45,791 nt of DNA from Candidatus Eiseniibacteriota bacterium (GCA_043818685.1 JBDRFQ010000362.1:1-45791); one strand, 5' to 3'; positions 29,484 through 39,196 are shown, counted from the first letter of the stretch. Notes: a model not told the origin generated them from the letters alone. Program-made: numbers and translations.

Positions 29484-31099
29484 ACTTCGAAATCATCGAG
29501 GCGCTCGGGGGGATCGCCCGAGAGAAGAACGTCGACAAGAAGCTCGTGATCGAGACGCTCGCCGCCGGACTCGTCGCGGCAGTTCGGAAGAGGCACGGAG
29601 CGACCGCGGAGGTGGACGTCGTCGTCGACGAGCAGAAGAAGACGGTCAATGTGTACCTCTTGAAGAACGTCGTCGACATCGTCGAGGATCCGGTGCTCGA
29701 GGCGTCTCTCGAGGAGGCCCGCGAGCACGATCCGGAGACCGACGTCGGACATGTTCTTCGGATCGACATCCCCCTCGAGGAGTTCGGAAGGAACGCGATC
29801 CAGGCGGTCAAGCAGGTGGTCGTTCAGCGCGTGCGGGAGGCGGAGAGGGAGAGGGTCTTCGACGACTACCAGAACCGCGTGAACGAGGTGGTGACCGGGA
29901 CCGTCCAGCAGGTCGATCGCGGCGACCTCGTCGTCAACCTCGGGCGGACCGAGGCTCTGCTCCCCTACCGGGAGCAGATCCCCGGCGAGTCCTACCGCCA
30001 GGGTGACGCGATCCGGGCGGTCATCATCGGCGTCCAAAAGAACGTGAAGGGCCCCCAGGTGATCCTCTCCCGGACGCATCCGAGCTTCATGGAGCAGCTC
30101 TTTCGCATGGAGGTGCCCGAGCTTCACGAGGGGATCGTCGAGATCCGCGCGACGGCGCGGGAGGCGGGGCTCCGCTCGAAGATCGCGGTCTTCTCGAACG
30201 ACGACCGCATCGACCCGGTGGGCGCGTGCGTCGGCATGAAGGGCTCCCGCGTGCAGGCGGTCGTTCGCGAGCTCTCGGGGGAGCGGATCGACATCGTTCC
30301 CTGGTCCGGCGACTGGAAGGTCTTCGTGACGCGCGCCCTCTCCCCGGCCAAGGTGACCGAGATCGCCGTGAACGAGGAAGAGCACTCGATGCGCGTCGCC
30401 GTCGCGGAGGGCCAGCTCTCCCTCGCGATCGGGAAGAAGGGGCAGAACGCGAGGCTCGCCGCCAAGCTCACGGGGTGGAGGATCGACCTGGTGAAGGAGG
30501 AAGAGAAGCCCATGGCGGTGGCGGTCGTGGACGAGAAGGGGATGCCGCTCATCGGCGTGGAGAACCTCCCCGGCGTCGGCCCGAAGCTGGCGCTGCGCTT
30601 GATCCAGGAGGGTTACGTGAACGTCCAGGACCTCCTCAAGGTGGACGTGGCGACCTTGGTCCAGCTGCCCGGGGTCGGTGAGAAGACCGCGGAGAAGATC
30701 GTCGAGGCTGCGGAGATCATGGTCGAGGAGCTCGAGAAGGCGGTCCGAGGCGAGGGCGAGGACGAGGAGACCGAGGGGGCAGCGGCGGACGCCGGAGAGA
30801 CCGAAGAGGGGGAGGAGCCGGAGACGGGCGAGGAGGCTGAAGAGGCCGAGGAGGCGGAAGAGCCCGAGGAAGACGAGGAAGGGGTCGGCGAAGAGGAAAG
30901 CGCAGAAGATGAAGAGCTGAGTGGCGCCGGGGGGGCTCCGGGGGACGAGGAGGAGGAAGAGGAGGAGGACGGGGAAGAGGAGGAGAAGGGGCCTGGCGCG
31001 GCGGAAGAGGGCTCGGACTCTTCGGCGCCGGAGCGCGCGGATGAGCCGGAAGAAGAGGATTCCGAAGAAGCGGACGAGAGGGGCGACGGGGCCCCCTAG
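29480..31099 (+). CDS. nusA: Transcription termination/antitermination factor NusA with ~115-aa acidic C-terminal tail
   Basis: MNFEIIEALGGIAREKNV..., S1 and KH regions (RIDPVGACVGMKGSRVQAV, LAIGKKGQNARLAAKLTGWRIDL), an HhH region, then an E/D-rich tail. Confidence 0.95.
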   Translation: MNFEIIEALGGIAREKNVDKKLVIETLAAGLVAAVRKRHGATAEVDVVVDEQKKTVNVYLLKNVVDIVEDPVLEASLEEAREHDPETDVGHVLRIDIPLEEFGRNAIQAVKQVVVQRVREAERERVFDDYQNRVNEVVTGTVQQVDRGDLVVNLGRTEALLPYREQIPGESYRQGDAIRAVIIGVQKNVKGPQVILSRTHPSFMEQLFRMEVPELHEGIVEIRATAREAGLRSKIAVFSNDDRIDPVGACVGMKGSRVQAVVRELSGERIDIVPWSGDWKVFVTRALSPAKVTEIAVNEEEHSMRVAVAEGQLSLAIGKKGQNARLAAKLTGWRIDLVKEEEKPMAVAVVDEKGMPLIGVENLPGVGPKLALRLIQEGYVNVQDLLKVDVATLVQLPGVGEKTAEKIVEAAEIMVEELEKAVRGEGEDEETEGAAADAGETEEGEEPETGEEAEEAEEAEEPEEDEEGVGEEESAEDEELSGAGGAPGDEEEEEEEDGEEEEKGPGAAEEGSDSSAPERADEPEEEDSEEADERGDGAP

Positions 31100-31373
31100 C
31101 GCGCGCTCGGACGGCCCGATCCGCACCTGTCTCGGATGCCGGGAGCGTCGCCCGCAGGGGGAGCTGCTCCGCTTCGTTCGGGGAGGGGACGGCGGGGTTC
31201 GCGTCGGCCGGACCCTCCCGGGCCGCGGGTACTACGTCTGCGGCCTGGAAAACTGTGTGCTCAAGCTCGAGCGGGGTCTCAAACGGTGGTTCTCGGCGGT
31301 GGAGAGGAAGCAGGCGGTCGAGACGCTGGCGCGGGCGGTGCGGGCGGCGGGGCCCTTCGGGAACGTGTCCTGA
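31041..31373 (+). CDS. ylxR: YlxR/RnpM-family (DUF448) RNA-binding protein
   Basis: RTCLGCRERRPQGELLRFV...GRGYYVC is the DUF448 signature. The ATG at 31041 gives MSRKKRIP, similar to the basic N-terminus of characterised YlxR. It overlaps the nusA 3' end by 59 nt in another frame. Confidence 0.7.
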   Translation: MSRKKRIPKKRTRGATGPPSARSDGPIRTCLGCRERRPQGELLRFVRGGDGGVRVGRTLPGRGYYVCGLENCVLKLERGLKRWFSAVERKQAVETLARAVRAAGPFGNVS

Positions 31374-31378
31374 CCCTC

Positions 31379-31672
31379 GTGGGCTTCGCCCTTCGGACCG
31401 GGAGGGTCGTCGCCGGCGAGACCGGAGCGCGGATCGCGGCGCGGCGCCGGAAGAGCGGTGTGCTCCTCATCGCATCCGACATGGATGAGAAGAGCGCCGC
31501 GCGGGTCCGGGCCTGGGCAAGGGAGGTCCCGATTCCGGTCTTCGCCCCGCTCGAGGCGGAAGCGCTGGCGGAGGCGGCCGGGCGGGGGCGCTGCGACGTC
31601 CTTCTCGTGGAGGACAGAAACGTCGCTCGGTCTCTCGCGAAGGAGCTTGGCGAGGCCTCCGGTTTCTGCTAG
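31379..31672 (+). CDS. L7Ae/YlxQ-family RNA-binding protein
   Basis: GFALRTGRVVAGETGARIAARRRKSGVLLIASDMDE... with the typical position between ylxR and infB. Start is uncertain (GTG 31379). The TAG stop lies inside the end of MITE copy C. Confidence 0.65.
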   Translation: MGFALRTGRVVAGETGARIAARRRKSGVLLIASDMDEKSAARVRAWAREVPIPVFAPLEAEALAEAAGRGRCDVLLVEDRNVARSLAKELGEASGFC

Positions 31673-31846
31673 CCTGGTCCACGCACGCGTTTTCGTCGCG
31701 AGGACGCGGAGCGCGTGCCGAGGGGCCGACATGAACGGGCCACTCCCTGAAGCGTAGTCTCGGCGCCACGCCCCAGGAAGCGGCGATGGAGAGCAGGCCT
31801 CGAAGGCCGCGGCTGCAGCAGGAAGCGGGCGCAGAATCCGGGCTTG
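31669..31846. mobile_element. MITE-like element, copy C (178 bp, inverted relative to A, diverged)
   Basis: It aligns end to end with copy D at roughly three quarters identity by eye. The left end is CTAGCCTGG. The right end ...GCAGAATCCGGGCTTG has its terminal CTAG mutated to CTTG. Confidence 0.7.
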
Positions 31847-31885
31847 CCTGTTCCGGATCGGGCAATGACCCGCGGAGAGTGTTTC

Positions 31886-34048
31886 TTGGCGAAGAAGAGA
31901 ATCTACCAGGTCGCAAAGGACTTCCACGTCTCCAGCGAGGCGATGCTCAAGGTGCTTCGCGAGATGCGCGTCGACGTGAAGAGCCACATGAGCTCGATCG
32001 ACGAGGAGCTCATCGGGGAGATCCGGAAGAAGTTCGCGGCGGAGAAGGCGGCCGTTCGCGAGGAGGAGGTCCGCAAGCGCGGGCTCCAGGAGGCGCGCGG
32101 GAAGGACGAGGCGCGGCCGGCCAAGCCCCCGGTCGCCAAGGCGAAGCCGCCGGAGAAGGAGGCGCGCAAGGGGCGGCGCCGCCGAGCGGTGGACGAGAAG
32201 GCGGTCCGCGACAGCGTGCGGAAGACCTTGGCGGGCCTCGAGATCGGCCGGGGCCGCCGCCGCCGCCGCCGCCGCGCCGCCGATGAGGAGGAAGAAGGGG
32301 AGGGACGGCCCGCGGCCCTTCGCGTCACCGAGTTCGTCTCGGTCGGCGAGCTCGCCGGCCTTCTCGGCGCGGTGCCGAGCCAAGTGATCGCCAAGTGCAT
32401 GGAACTCGGCCTCATGGTGACGATCAACAGGAGACTCGACCGGGACACGATCGAGACGGTCGCCGCCGAGTTCGGGCGCGAGGTCGAGTTCCTGTCCGAG
32501 TTCGAGGAGGAGACGGAGGGGGAGCGGGAGGAGAAGCGCGTCTCGCGCAACCCGGTCGTCACGATCATGGGGCACGTGGATCACGGGAAGACGTCGCTCC
32601 TCGACTACATCCGCAAGTCGAACGTGATCGCCGGCGAGGTCGGCGGGATCACGCAGCACATAGGAGCCTACGAGGTGGAGGCCCGGGGCGGGAGGATCAC
32701 GTTCCTCGACACTCCGGGCCACGAGGCGTTCAGCGCGATGCGCGCGCGGGGCGCCCAGGTCACCGACCTGGTCGTTCTCGTCGTCGCGGCGGACGAACCG
32801 CTCATGCCGCAGGCTCTCGAGGCGATCGATCACGCGCGCGCCGCGGGGGTCTCCATTCTCGTCGCCGTCAACAAGATCGATCTCCCAGGGGCCGATCCGA
32901 TGCGCGTCAAGCAGCAGCTCTCAGAGCGCGGCCTCCAGCTGGAGGAATGGGGCGGCAAGACGGTGGTGGTCGAGGTCTCCGCCAAGACCGGCGAGGGGGT
33001 CGACCGGCTTCTCGAAATGATCCTCCTCGTGGCGGAGCTGATGGAGCTGAAGGCGGACCCGGCCAGGAAAGCGCGCGGCGCCGTCGTCGAGACGAGGCTC
33101 GACGCGGGGCGCGGGGTCGTCGTCAGCGTGCTCGTGCAGCAGGGGACGCTCCGGGTCGGAGACCCGTTCGTCGCGGGGATTCACTACGGCAAGGTGCGCG
33201 CCCTCTGCGACGAGCGCGGGAGGCCGAAGAAGGAAGGGGGCCCCTCCTCGCCCGTGGAGGTGCTGGGAAGCTCGGGAGCTCCGCAGGCGGGGGACACCTT
33301 CCAGGTCGTCGGGGACGAGCGGGAGGCGCGCGAGGTCAGCACGCGCAGGAAACAGCAGGCGCGCGAGCACACCCTGCGCGCGCAGAAGCGGATCCGCCTC
33401 GAGGACGTGTACATGCAGATCCAGGCCGGGGAGATCCCGCGGCTCTTCCTCGTGATCAAGGGGGACGTCGACGGGTCCGTGGAGGCGCTCACCGACTCGC
33501 TCCAGAAGCTCTCGGGCGACCAGGTTCAGGTCGAGGTGATCCACAAGGGGGTCGGGGCGATCAACGAGTCGGATGTCCTTCTCGCCGCCGCATCCCGCGC
33601 CATCATCATCGGCTTCCATGTGAAGGCGGACGTGCGGGCGGCCGCTCTCGCAGGCGAAGAGGGCGTGAACATCCTCTTCTATCAGGTCATCTACGAAGCG
33701 GTCTCCGACGTGCAGCGCGCGATGGAGGGACTCCTCCAGCCGGAGCTTCGCCAGAAGACGATCGGCCAGGTCGAGGTTCGCGAGGTCTTCAAGATCGGGC
33801 GCGTCGGGGTGGTCGCCGGATCCTACGTGCAATCGGGGACAGTCACCCGGAACGCCCGCGTGCGCGTCTTACGCGAGGGGAACGCGATCTACGAGGGGCG
33901 AATCGCGTCTCTGCGTCGTTTCAAGGACGACGTCCGCGAGGTCCAGAGCGGTTTCGAGTGCGGCATCGTTCTGGACGGCTTCCAGGACATACAGAAAGAA
34001 GACATTCTCGAGATCTTCACGGTCGAGGAGATCGCGCGCAAGCTCTAG
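31886..34048 (+). CDS. infB: Translation initiation factor IF-2
   Basis: The N-terminus (L)[20 protein letters not shown] is typical of IF-2. The G-domain shows [20 protein letters not shown] and NKIDL. TTG 31886 follows GGAGAG with a 6-nt spacing. The TAG stop sits in a CTAGCC solo-end fragment. Confidence 0.95.
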   Translation: MAKKRIYQVAKDFHVSSEAMLKVLREMRVDVKSHMSSIDEELIGEIRKKFAAEKAAVREEEVRKRGLQEARGKDEARPAKPPVAKAKPPEKEARKGRRRRAVDEKAVRDSVRKTLAGLEIGRGRRRRRRRAADEEEEGEGRPAALRVTEFVSVGELAGLLGAVPSQVIAKCMELGLMVTINRRLDRDTIETVAAEFGREVEFLSEFEEETEGEREEKRVSRNPVVTIMGHVDHGKTSLLDYIRKSNVIAGEVGGITQHIGAYEVEARGGRITFLDTPGHEAFSAMRARGAQVTDLVVLVVAADEPLMPQALEAIDHARAAGVSILVAVNKIDLPGADPMRVKQQLSERGLQLEEWGGKTVVVEVSAKTGEGVDRLLEMILLVAELMELKADPARKARGAVVETRLDAGRGVVVSVLVQQGTLRVGDPFVAGIHYGKVRALCDERGRPKKEGGPSSPVEVLGSSGAPQAGDTFQVVGDEREAREVSTRRKQQAREHTLRAQKRIRLEDVYMQIQAGEIPRLFLVIKGDVDGSVEALTDSLQKLSGDQVQVEVIHKGVGAINESDVLLAAASRAIIIGFHVKADVRAAALAGEEGVNILFYQVIYEAVSDVQRAMEGLLQPELRQKTIGQVEVREVFKIGRVGVVAGSYVQSGTVTRNARVRVLREGNAIYEGRIASLRRFKDDVREVQSGFECGIVLDGFQDIQKEDILEIFTVEEIARKL

Positions 34049-34080
34049 CCGGGATTCCGGCGCGCGTTTTCGCCGAGACC
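34045..34080. repeat. Solo terminal fragment of the MITE family (fragment E)
   Basis: CTAGCCGGGATTCCGGCGCGCGTTTTCGCCGAGACC versus the element arm CTAGCCTGGATTATGCACGCGTTTTCGTCGCGAGG, about 70-75% identical by eye. Confidence 0.35.
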
Positions 34081-34097
34081 GGCTCCCGGGAGGCCCC

Positions 34098-34379
34098 TTG
34101 ATTCTCGGAACGTGCCGCATCCACCTGTTCATTCCCTCGGCGGGATCCCTCAAGGGCAAGCGCTCCGTCGTCAAGGGGCTCAAGGATCGGATTCGCGCCC
34201 GGTTCAACGTCTCGGTCGCGGAGATCGAGGACCAGGAGCTGTGGCAGCGGGCCGTGATCGGCGTCGCGGTCGTTTCGAACGAGCAGAAGCACGCCGATCA
34301 GACCCTCGCCGCCGTTCTCCGGCTGGTCGAGGGCGAGCCCCGTGCGGAGGTGACCGACTGCCGGGTGGAGTTCCTGTAG
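34098..34379 (+). CDS. DUF503-family protein (YlxP-like)
   Basis: CRIHLFIPSAGSLKGKRSVVKGLKDRIRARFNVSVAE matches the DUF503 pattern, and the gene holds the canonical slot between infB and rbfA. Confidence 0.75.
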   Translation: MILGTCRIHLFIPSAGSLKGKRSVVKGLKDRIRARFNVSVAEIEDQELWQRAVIGVAVVSNEQKHADQTLAAVLRLVEGEPRAEVTDCRVEFL

Positions 34380-34413
34380 GCCGAGCCCGGTCCAGCGATC
34401 GCAGGACAGATCG

Positions 34414-34767
34414 ATGAGATATAAACGATCGGAGCGCGTGTCCGCCTTGATCCTCCAAGAGGTCGCCGGAATGATCGAGGAGGGGCTCAAGAACCCGAAC
34501 ATCGGGTTCGTCACGGTGACCGCCGTGGAGGTCTCGGACGATCTGCGGCACGCGAAGATCTATGTCGTCCCGCACGGAGACGACGCGGAGCGGGCGAGAA
34601 CGCTGAAGGCGCTCGACGACTCCCTGCCGTGGATCCGTCGCGAGCTTGCCCGGACGCTCGACCTCAAGTATGTCCCGACCCTCGCCTTCCGGGCCGATCG
34701 GTCGTTCGATCACGCCGATCGAATCAACCGCCTGCTCGACGAGATACACGAGGAGGAGAAGGATTGA
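34414..34767 (+). CDS. rbfA: Ribosome-binding factor A
   Basis: RSERVSALILQEVAGMI...GFVTVTAVEVSDDLRHAKIYV is the RbfA signature. Confidence 0.9.
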   Translation: MRYKRSERVSALILQEVAGMIEEGLKNPNIGFVTVTAVEVSDDLRHAKIYVVPHGDDAERARTLKALDDSLPWIRRELARTLDLKYVPTLAFRADRSFDHADRINRLLDEIHEEEKD

Positions 34768-35669
34768 TCCACGGTCTTCTCAACCTCGACAAGCCGAAGG
34801 GGTGGACCTCCCACGACGCGGTGGCGAAGATCCGGAGGCTGATCGACCAGCAGCGGGTGGGGCACGCGGGCACGCTCGATCCGAACGCGACCGGGGTCCT
34901 TCTCCTCTGCCTGGGGAGCGGGACCAAGCTCTCCCGCTACTTCATGTTCCTCGAGAAGGAGTACCACGCGTTCTTCCGCCTCGGCCTCATCACGGACACA
35001 CAGGACGCCGACGGGCGGATCCTCGAGACGCGGGACCCGAGCGCCGTGACGGAGGAGGCGGTCCGCGAGGTGATCGGTCGCTACCGCGGCAGGATCCTCC
35101 AGACGCCGCCGATGGTCTCGGCGGTCAAGGTGGGGGGGAAGCGGCTCTACCGGCTCGCCAGGCGCGGCCAAACGGTCTAGCGGCAGGCGCGGCCGATCGA
35201 GATCCGCTCCTTCGACCTGGTCCGCTACGAACCCCCTGTGGCGGAGGTTCATCTCGTCTGCTCGAAGGGAACCTACGTGAGGACCCTCGCGGCCGACATC
35301 GGCGATGAGCTCGGTTGTGGCGCGTATCTCGACCGTCTCACGCGCGTTCGGATCGGGCCGTACCGGGTCGACGATGCGATCGGCATGGAGGAGCTCGAGG
35401 GGACCCTCCGCGAAGGCGGAAAGGGCTTCTACATCCCCATCGAGAGGGCGATCGGGAGCCTTCCGGTGGGGACCCTCCGCGTGACGCCGGGGAGATGGGC
35501 GGGCGTCGCGCTCCCCCGCTCGCTCGAGGCGCTCGAGCCGCTCGACCCGATCCCCGCGGAGGGCCAGTTCCTCACGATCGCGGATCGCGCCGGGCGTCCG
35601 CTCGGGGTGGTCGAGGTCGCGAAGGAGCGGGGCAGGCTCCGCAAGGTCTTCGTTCTGGGCAGCCCATGA
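34764..35669 (+). pseudogene. truB: tRNA pseudouridine-55 synthase TruB interrupted by one in-frame TAG (35178-35180)
   Basis: The N-part (GLLNLDKPKGWTSHD, GHAGTLDPNATGVL) and C-part (CSKGTYVRTLAADIG) are in the same frame, separated only by TAG. That codon sits where homologues have a sense codon (G-x-x-V-E/P-R). The stop still overlaps the ribF ATG. Confidence 0.8.
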
Positions 35670-36622
35670 AGGTGGTCCGTTCTCTCGATGCGATCGGGGG
35701 CCCGCCTCCCAAGGCGGTGGTCGCGATCGGCGTCTTCGACGGCGTGCATGCCGGCCACCGGATCATCTTCGAGCGGGTGGTCCGGGAGAGCGCGGCCCTC
35801 TCCGCAACACCGACGGTCTTCACCTTCGATCCCCATCCGCGGATGGTGGTCCGAGGGGCGCGCCCGCCCCGTATCCTGACGCCGCTCGACGAGAAGCTCC
35901 GGATCCTCGATAGCCTCGGCATCGGGCTCGCGGTGGTGATCCCCTTCGACCGCGAGTTCGCGTCGATGAGCGCGGGCGAGTTCGTTCGCTCCTGGCTTGT
36001 CCGGCCCTTCGACGTGCGGAGGGTCGTCGTCGGCTACGATTTCCGCCTCGGCCGGGATCGGGAGGGGAACGGCGCCGTGCTCGGCTCGCTCGGGTCCTCG
36101 CACGGCTTCACGGTCGACCAGGTTCCCCCGTTCCTCGTGGACGGGCGGCCGGTGAAGTCGACCTGGGTCCGGGACGAGATCGAGGCGGGGAACGTGAGAC
36201 GGGCGGCCGAGCTTCTCCGCCGCTATCACTCCCTCGAGGGGAGGGTGGTGCGGGGGGACGGGCGGGGGAGCGGTCTCGGGTTTCCGACGGCGAACCTCTC
36301 CCTCGCGGATGAGGAGAAGCTACGGCCGCGCGACGGGGTCTACGCCGCGTTCGCCGAGGTTCCGGGAAAGGTCTGGCCGGCGGTCGTGAACATCGGGGTG
36401 CGCCCCACGTTCGGGGGCGGGCGGGCGATCGAGGGACATCTTCTCGGGTTCCGGGGAGATCTTCTCGGCTCTCCCATGACCCTCCACTTCGTCCATCGCC
36501 TGCGGGACGAACGCGCCTTCCCCTCGACGGCGGAGCTCGCCTCGCGGATCGAGCGGGACCGCGAGCAGGCCGGGGCGCTCCTCGGGGAAGGCGACCCAAC
36601 TTTTGCCTTTACACGTTTCTGA
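35666..36622 (+). CDS. ribF: Bifunctional riboflavin kinase/FMN adenylyltransferase
   Basis: VVAIGVFDGVHAGHR, TFDPHP, and the kinase part GRVVRGDGRGSGLGFPTANL...VNIGVRPTF. Confidence 0.9.
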   Translation: MKVVRSLDAIGGPPPKAVVAIGVFDGVHAGHRIIFERVVRESAALSATPTVFTFDPHPRMVVRGARPPRILTPLDEKLRILDSLGIGLAVVIPFDREFASMSAGEFVRSWLVRPFDVRRVVVGYDFRLGRDREGNGAVLGSLGSSHGFTVDQVPPFLVDGRPVKSTWVRDEIEAGNVRRAAELLRRYHSLEGRVVRGDGRGSGLGFPTANLSLADEEKLRPRDGVYAAFAEVPGKVWPAVVNIGVRPTFGGGRAIEGHLLGFRGDLLGSPMTLHFVHRLRDERAFPSTAELASRIERDREQAGALLGEGDPTFAFTRF

Positions 36623-36636
36623 ACCTTTGCTACATT
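36608..36636 (+). promoter_or_regulatory. Sigma-70-type promoter TTTACA-N17-TACATT upstream of rpsO
   Basis: The hexamers sit at 36608-36613 and 36631-36636, leaving a ~100-nt leader that contains an 8-bp hairpin (36674-36681 pairing with 36695-36702). Confidence 0.45.
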
Positions 36637-36739
36637 CTGCCGGAAGGGAAAGGTGTGTGCGAACAAAGGTTGGGCTAACCCAATGGGAGTAAAGGGGTTA
36701 GCGGTCCCGCTGGAGGCGGGGGGTCCAGGAGGTTTTCGT

Positions 36740-37009
36740 TTGTCGCTCACGAAAGAATCGAAGCTGAGGATCATCGGACGGTACAAGCTCCACGACAAGG
36801 ACTCTGGGTCGCCCGAGGTCCAGATCGCTCTTCTCACGGAGCGAATCACCTACCTGACGGATCACTTCAAGATCCACAAGAAGGATCACCACTCGCGCCG
36901 GGGGCTCCTCCGTCTCGTCGGTCGTCGTCGCCGCCTTCTCGACTACCTAAAGGCGAACAAGATCGAACGCTACCGCACGATCGTCAAGGAGCTGGGCCTC
37001 CGGAAGTAG
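36740..37009 (+). CDS. rpsO: 30S ribosomal protein S15
   Basis: [55 protein letters not shown] is classic S15, 89 aa from TTG 36740. Confidence 0.95.
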   Translation: MSLTKESKLRIIGRYKLHDKDSGSPEVQIALLTERITYLTDHFKIHKKDHHSRRGLLRLVGRRRRLLDYLKANKIERYRTIVKELGLRK

Positions 37010-37114
37010 AGGGATCGGACCGCACTCCGCCCCGGCGCCGGGGCTTCTCTTCCAGGAGAGCCGAACCTTCTCTTCCGCCGGGGAGCGGCGTGTTTGTTTA
37101 AGGAGCAAGATACG

Positions 37115-39196
37115 ATGTCAGAACGAATGGAGCTGCGGGTCGGTTCCTCGACGATCGCCGTCGAGACCGGCCGGATCGCGAAGCAGGCGGAGGGTGCCGT
37201 CACGATTCAGGCGGGGGGCACGGTGGTGCTGGTGACCGCGGTGGCGACCCCCGAGCCGGTCAAGGACCGGGGTTTCTTCCCCCTGATGGTGGAGTACCGC
37301 GAGCGGTCGTACGCCGCCGGGAAGATCCCCGGCGGTTTCTTCAAGCGCGAGGGGAGACCGCTCGAGCGGGAAATCCTGGCGGCCCGCCTGATCGACCGGC
37401 CGCTTCGCCCCCTCTTCCCGAAGGGGTTCCTGCACGAGGTGCAGATCATCGCCACGGTCCTCTCGACGGACCAGGAGAACGCCCCGGACGTGCTCGCCCT
37501 GGTTGGCGCCTCGACCGCTGTCGCCCTTTCGTCGATCCCGACGGAGAAGACGATCGCTGCGGTGCGCGTGGGCAAGCTGAAGGGGGAGCTCGTGGTGAAC
37601 CCCTCGATCGCGGACCGCGAGGAGAGCGAGATGGACCTCGTGGTCGCCGCGGCTCGCGATTCGATCGTGATGGTCGAGGGGGGCGGGAAGGAGTTCTCCG
37701 AGAAGGACATGGTCGAGGCCCTGAAGCTCGCGCACGGAGAGTGCGTGCGGATCATCGACGGGATCGAGGAGCTCCGCGGGCGAGCCGGCAAGGAGAAGCG
37801 CGCCGTGGTCCGGGACGAAGCGCCCGATCGGATCCGGGAGCGGATCCAGGGAATCGTTGGAGAGCGGATCGCCGAGGCGAACCGCTTCGGCGTGAAGGAG
37901 GAGCGGGGGACCTTCGTCCGCGCGCTCGAGAAAGAAGTCATCGAGGGTCTGGCCGAGGAGTTCCCGGAGAAAGAGCCCCTCATCAAGGCGCTTCTCGACG
38001 AGATGCTCGGCGAGGAGGCCCGCCGGAAGATCTTTTCGGAGGAGGTGCGGCTCGACGGCCGGAAGCTCGACGAGATCCGTCCGATTACCTGCGAGGTGGG
38101 GGTGCTCCCGCGGACGCACGGCTCGGCCCTCTTCACGCGCGGGCAGACGCAGGCGCTCGTCGCGATCACCCTCGGCACCTCGTCGGACGAGCAGCGGATG
38201 GACGACATCGAGGGCGAGCGGTTCAAGAAGTTCATGCTCCACTACAACTTCCCTCCCTTCTCGGTGAACGAGGTGCGGATGATCCGGGGGACGGGCCGCC
38301 GCGAGGTCGGCCACGGAGCGCTGGCCGAGCGGTCGATCCGGCAGACGATCCCGGACCCGGACAGCTTCCCCTACACGATCCGCGTGGTGGCGGACATCCT
38401 CGAGTCGAACGGCTCCTCGTCGATGGCCTCGGTGTGCGGGGCGATCCTCGCCCTGATGGACGCCGGCGTTCCGATTCGGAAGCCGGTCGCGGGGATCGCG
38501 ATGGGGCTCGTGGCGGGAGAGGGGAAGCACTGCGTTCTCTCCGACATCCTCGGCCAGGAGGACCCCGGCGGCGACATGGACTGCAAGGTCGCCGGAACGC
38601 GGGACGGAATCACCGGGTTCCAGATGGATCTCAAGACCGCGGGGATCGGGTTCGACGTGATCGAGAAGGCTCTCGATCAGGCGCGCCGCGGGCGCCTGTT
38701 CATCCTGGACAAGATGGAGGCGACGCTCGCGAAGCCGCGGCCGGAGCTCTCCCCGTACGCGCCGAGGATCCTCACGATCAAGGTCCACACGGACAAGATC
38801 CGAGAGATCATCGGCCCGGGGGGCAAGATGATCCGAAAGATTCAGGAGGAGTCGGGCGCGTCGATCGACATCGAGGACGACGGCACCGTGAAGATCGCCT
38901 CGGTGGACGAGGAGGCGGGGCGAAAGGCGATGGAGATGATCAGGGCGCTCATCGAGGAGCCGGAGATCGGCCGGGTCTACGAGGGGACGGTCCGCCGGAT
39001 CGTGCCCTTCGGAGCGTTCGTCGAGATCCTCCCGGGCAAGGACGGGCTCCTTCACATCTCGGAGATCGAGAACCGGCGCGTCGCCAAGGTCGAGGACGTG
39101 CTGAACGAAGGGGACAAGGTCCAGGTCAAGGTGATCAACATCGACGAGGAGGGGAAGGTCCGCCTCTCCCGCAAGGCGCTCCTCGTGAAGAGCTAG
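37115..39196 (+). CDS. pnp: Polyribonucleotide nucleotidyltransferase (PNPase)
   Basis: Two RNase PH domains, then KH (IGPGGKMIRKIQEESGA) and S1 (GTVRRIVPFGAFVEILPGKDGLLHISE). AAGGAG lies upstream of the ATG at 37115. Confidence 0.95.
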   Translation: MSERMELRVGSSTIAVETGRIAKQAEGAVTIQAGGTVVLVTAVATPEPVKDRGFFPLMVEYRERSYAAGKIPGGFFKREGRPLEREILAARLIDRPLRPLFPKGFLHEVQIIATVLSTDQENAPDVLALVGASTAVALSSIPTEKTIAAVRVGKLKGELVVNPSIADREESEMDLVVAAARDSIVMVEGGGKEFSEKDMVEALKLAHGECVRIIDGIEELRGRAGKEKRAVVRDEAPDRIRERIQGIVGERIAEANRFGVKEERGTFVRALEKEVIEGLAEEFPEKEPLIKALLDEMLGEEARRKIFSEEVRLDGRKLDEIRPITCEVGVLPRTHGSALFTRGQTQALVAITLGTSSDEQRMDDIEGERFKKFMLHYNFPPFSVNEVRMIRGTGRREVGHGALAERSIRQTIPDPDSFPYTIRVVADILESNGSSSMASVCGAILALMDAGVPIRKPVAGIAMGLVAGEGKHCVLSDILGQEDPGGDMDCKVAGTRDGITGFQMDLKTAGIGFDVIEKALDQARRGRLFILDKMEATLAKPRPELSPYAPRILTIKVHTDKIREIIGPGGKMIRKIQEESGASIDIEDDGTVKIASVDEEAGRKAMEMIRALIEEPEIGRVYEGTVRRIVPFGAFVEILPGKDGLLHISEIENRRVAKVEDVLNEGDKVQVKVINIDEEGKVRLSRKALLVKS

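Noticed and set aside
30770-31030. A repetitive GAG/GAA/GGA tract considered as a tandem repeat or CRISPR-like array.
   Set aside because: It is in-frame low-complexity coding sequence of the NusA tail, with no repeat-spacer periodicity. No CRISPR array was seen anywhere in the window.
30678-31040. Basic R/K-rich ORFs (30678-30920 and 30921 onward) overlapping the nusA tail.
   Set aside because: They are the automatic +1/+2 frame products of GAG/GAA repeats. Only the part from ATG 31041 leading into the DUF448 domain is credible.
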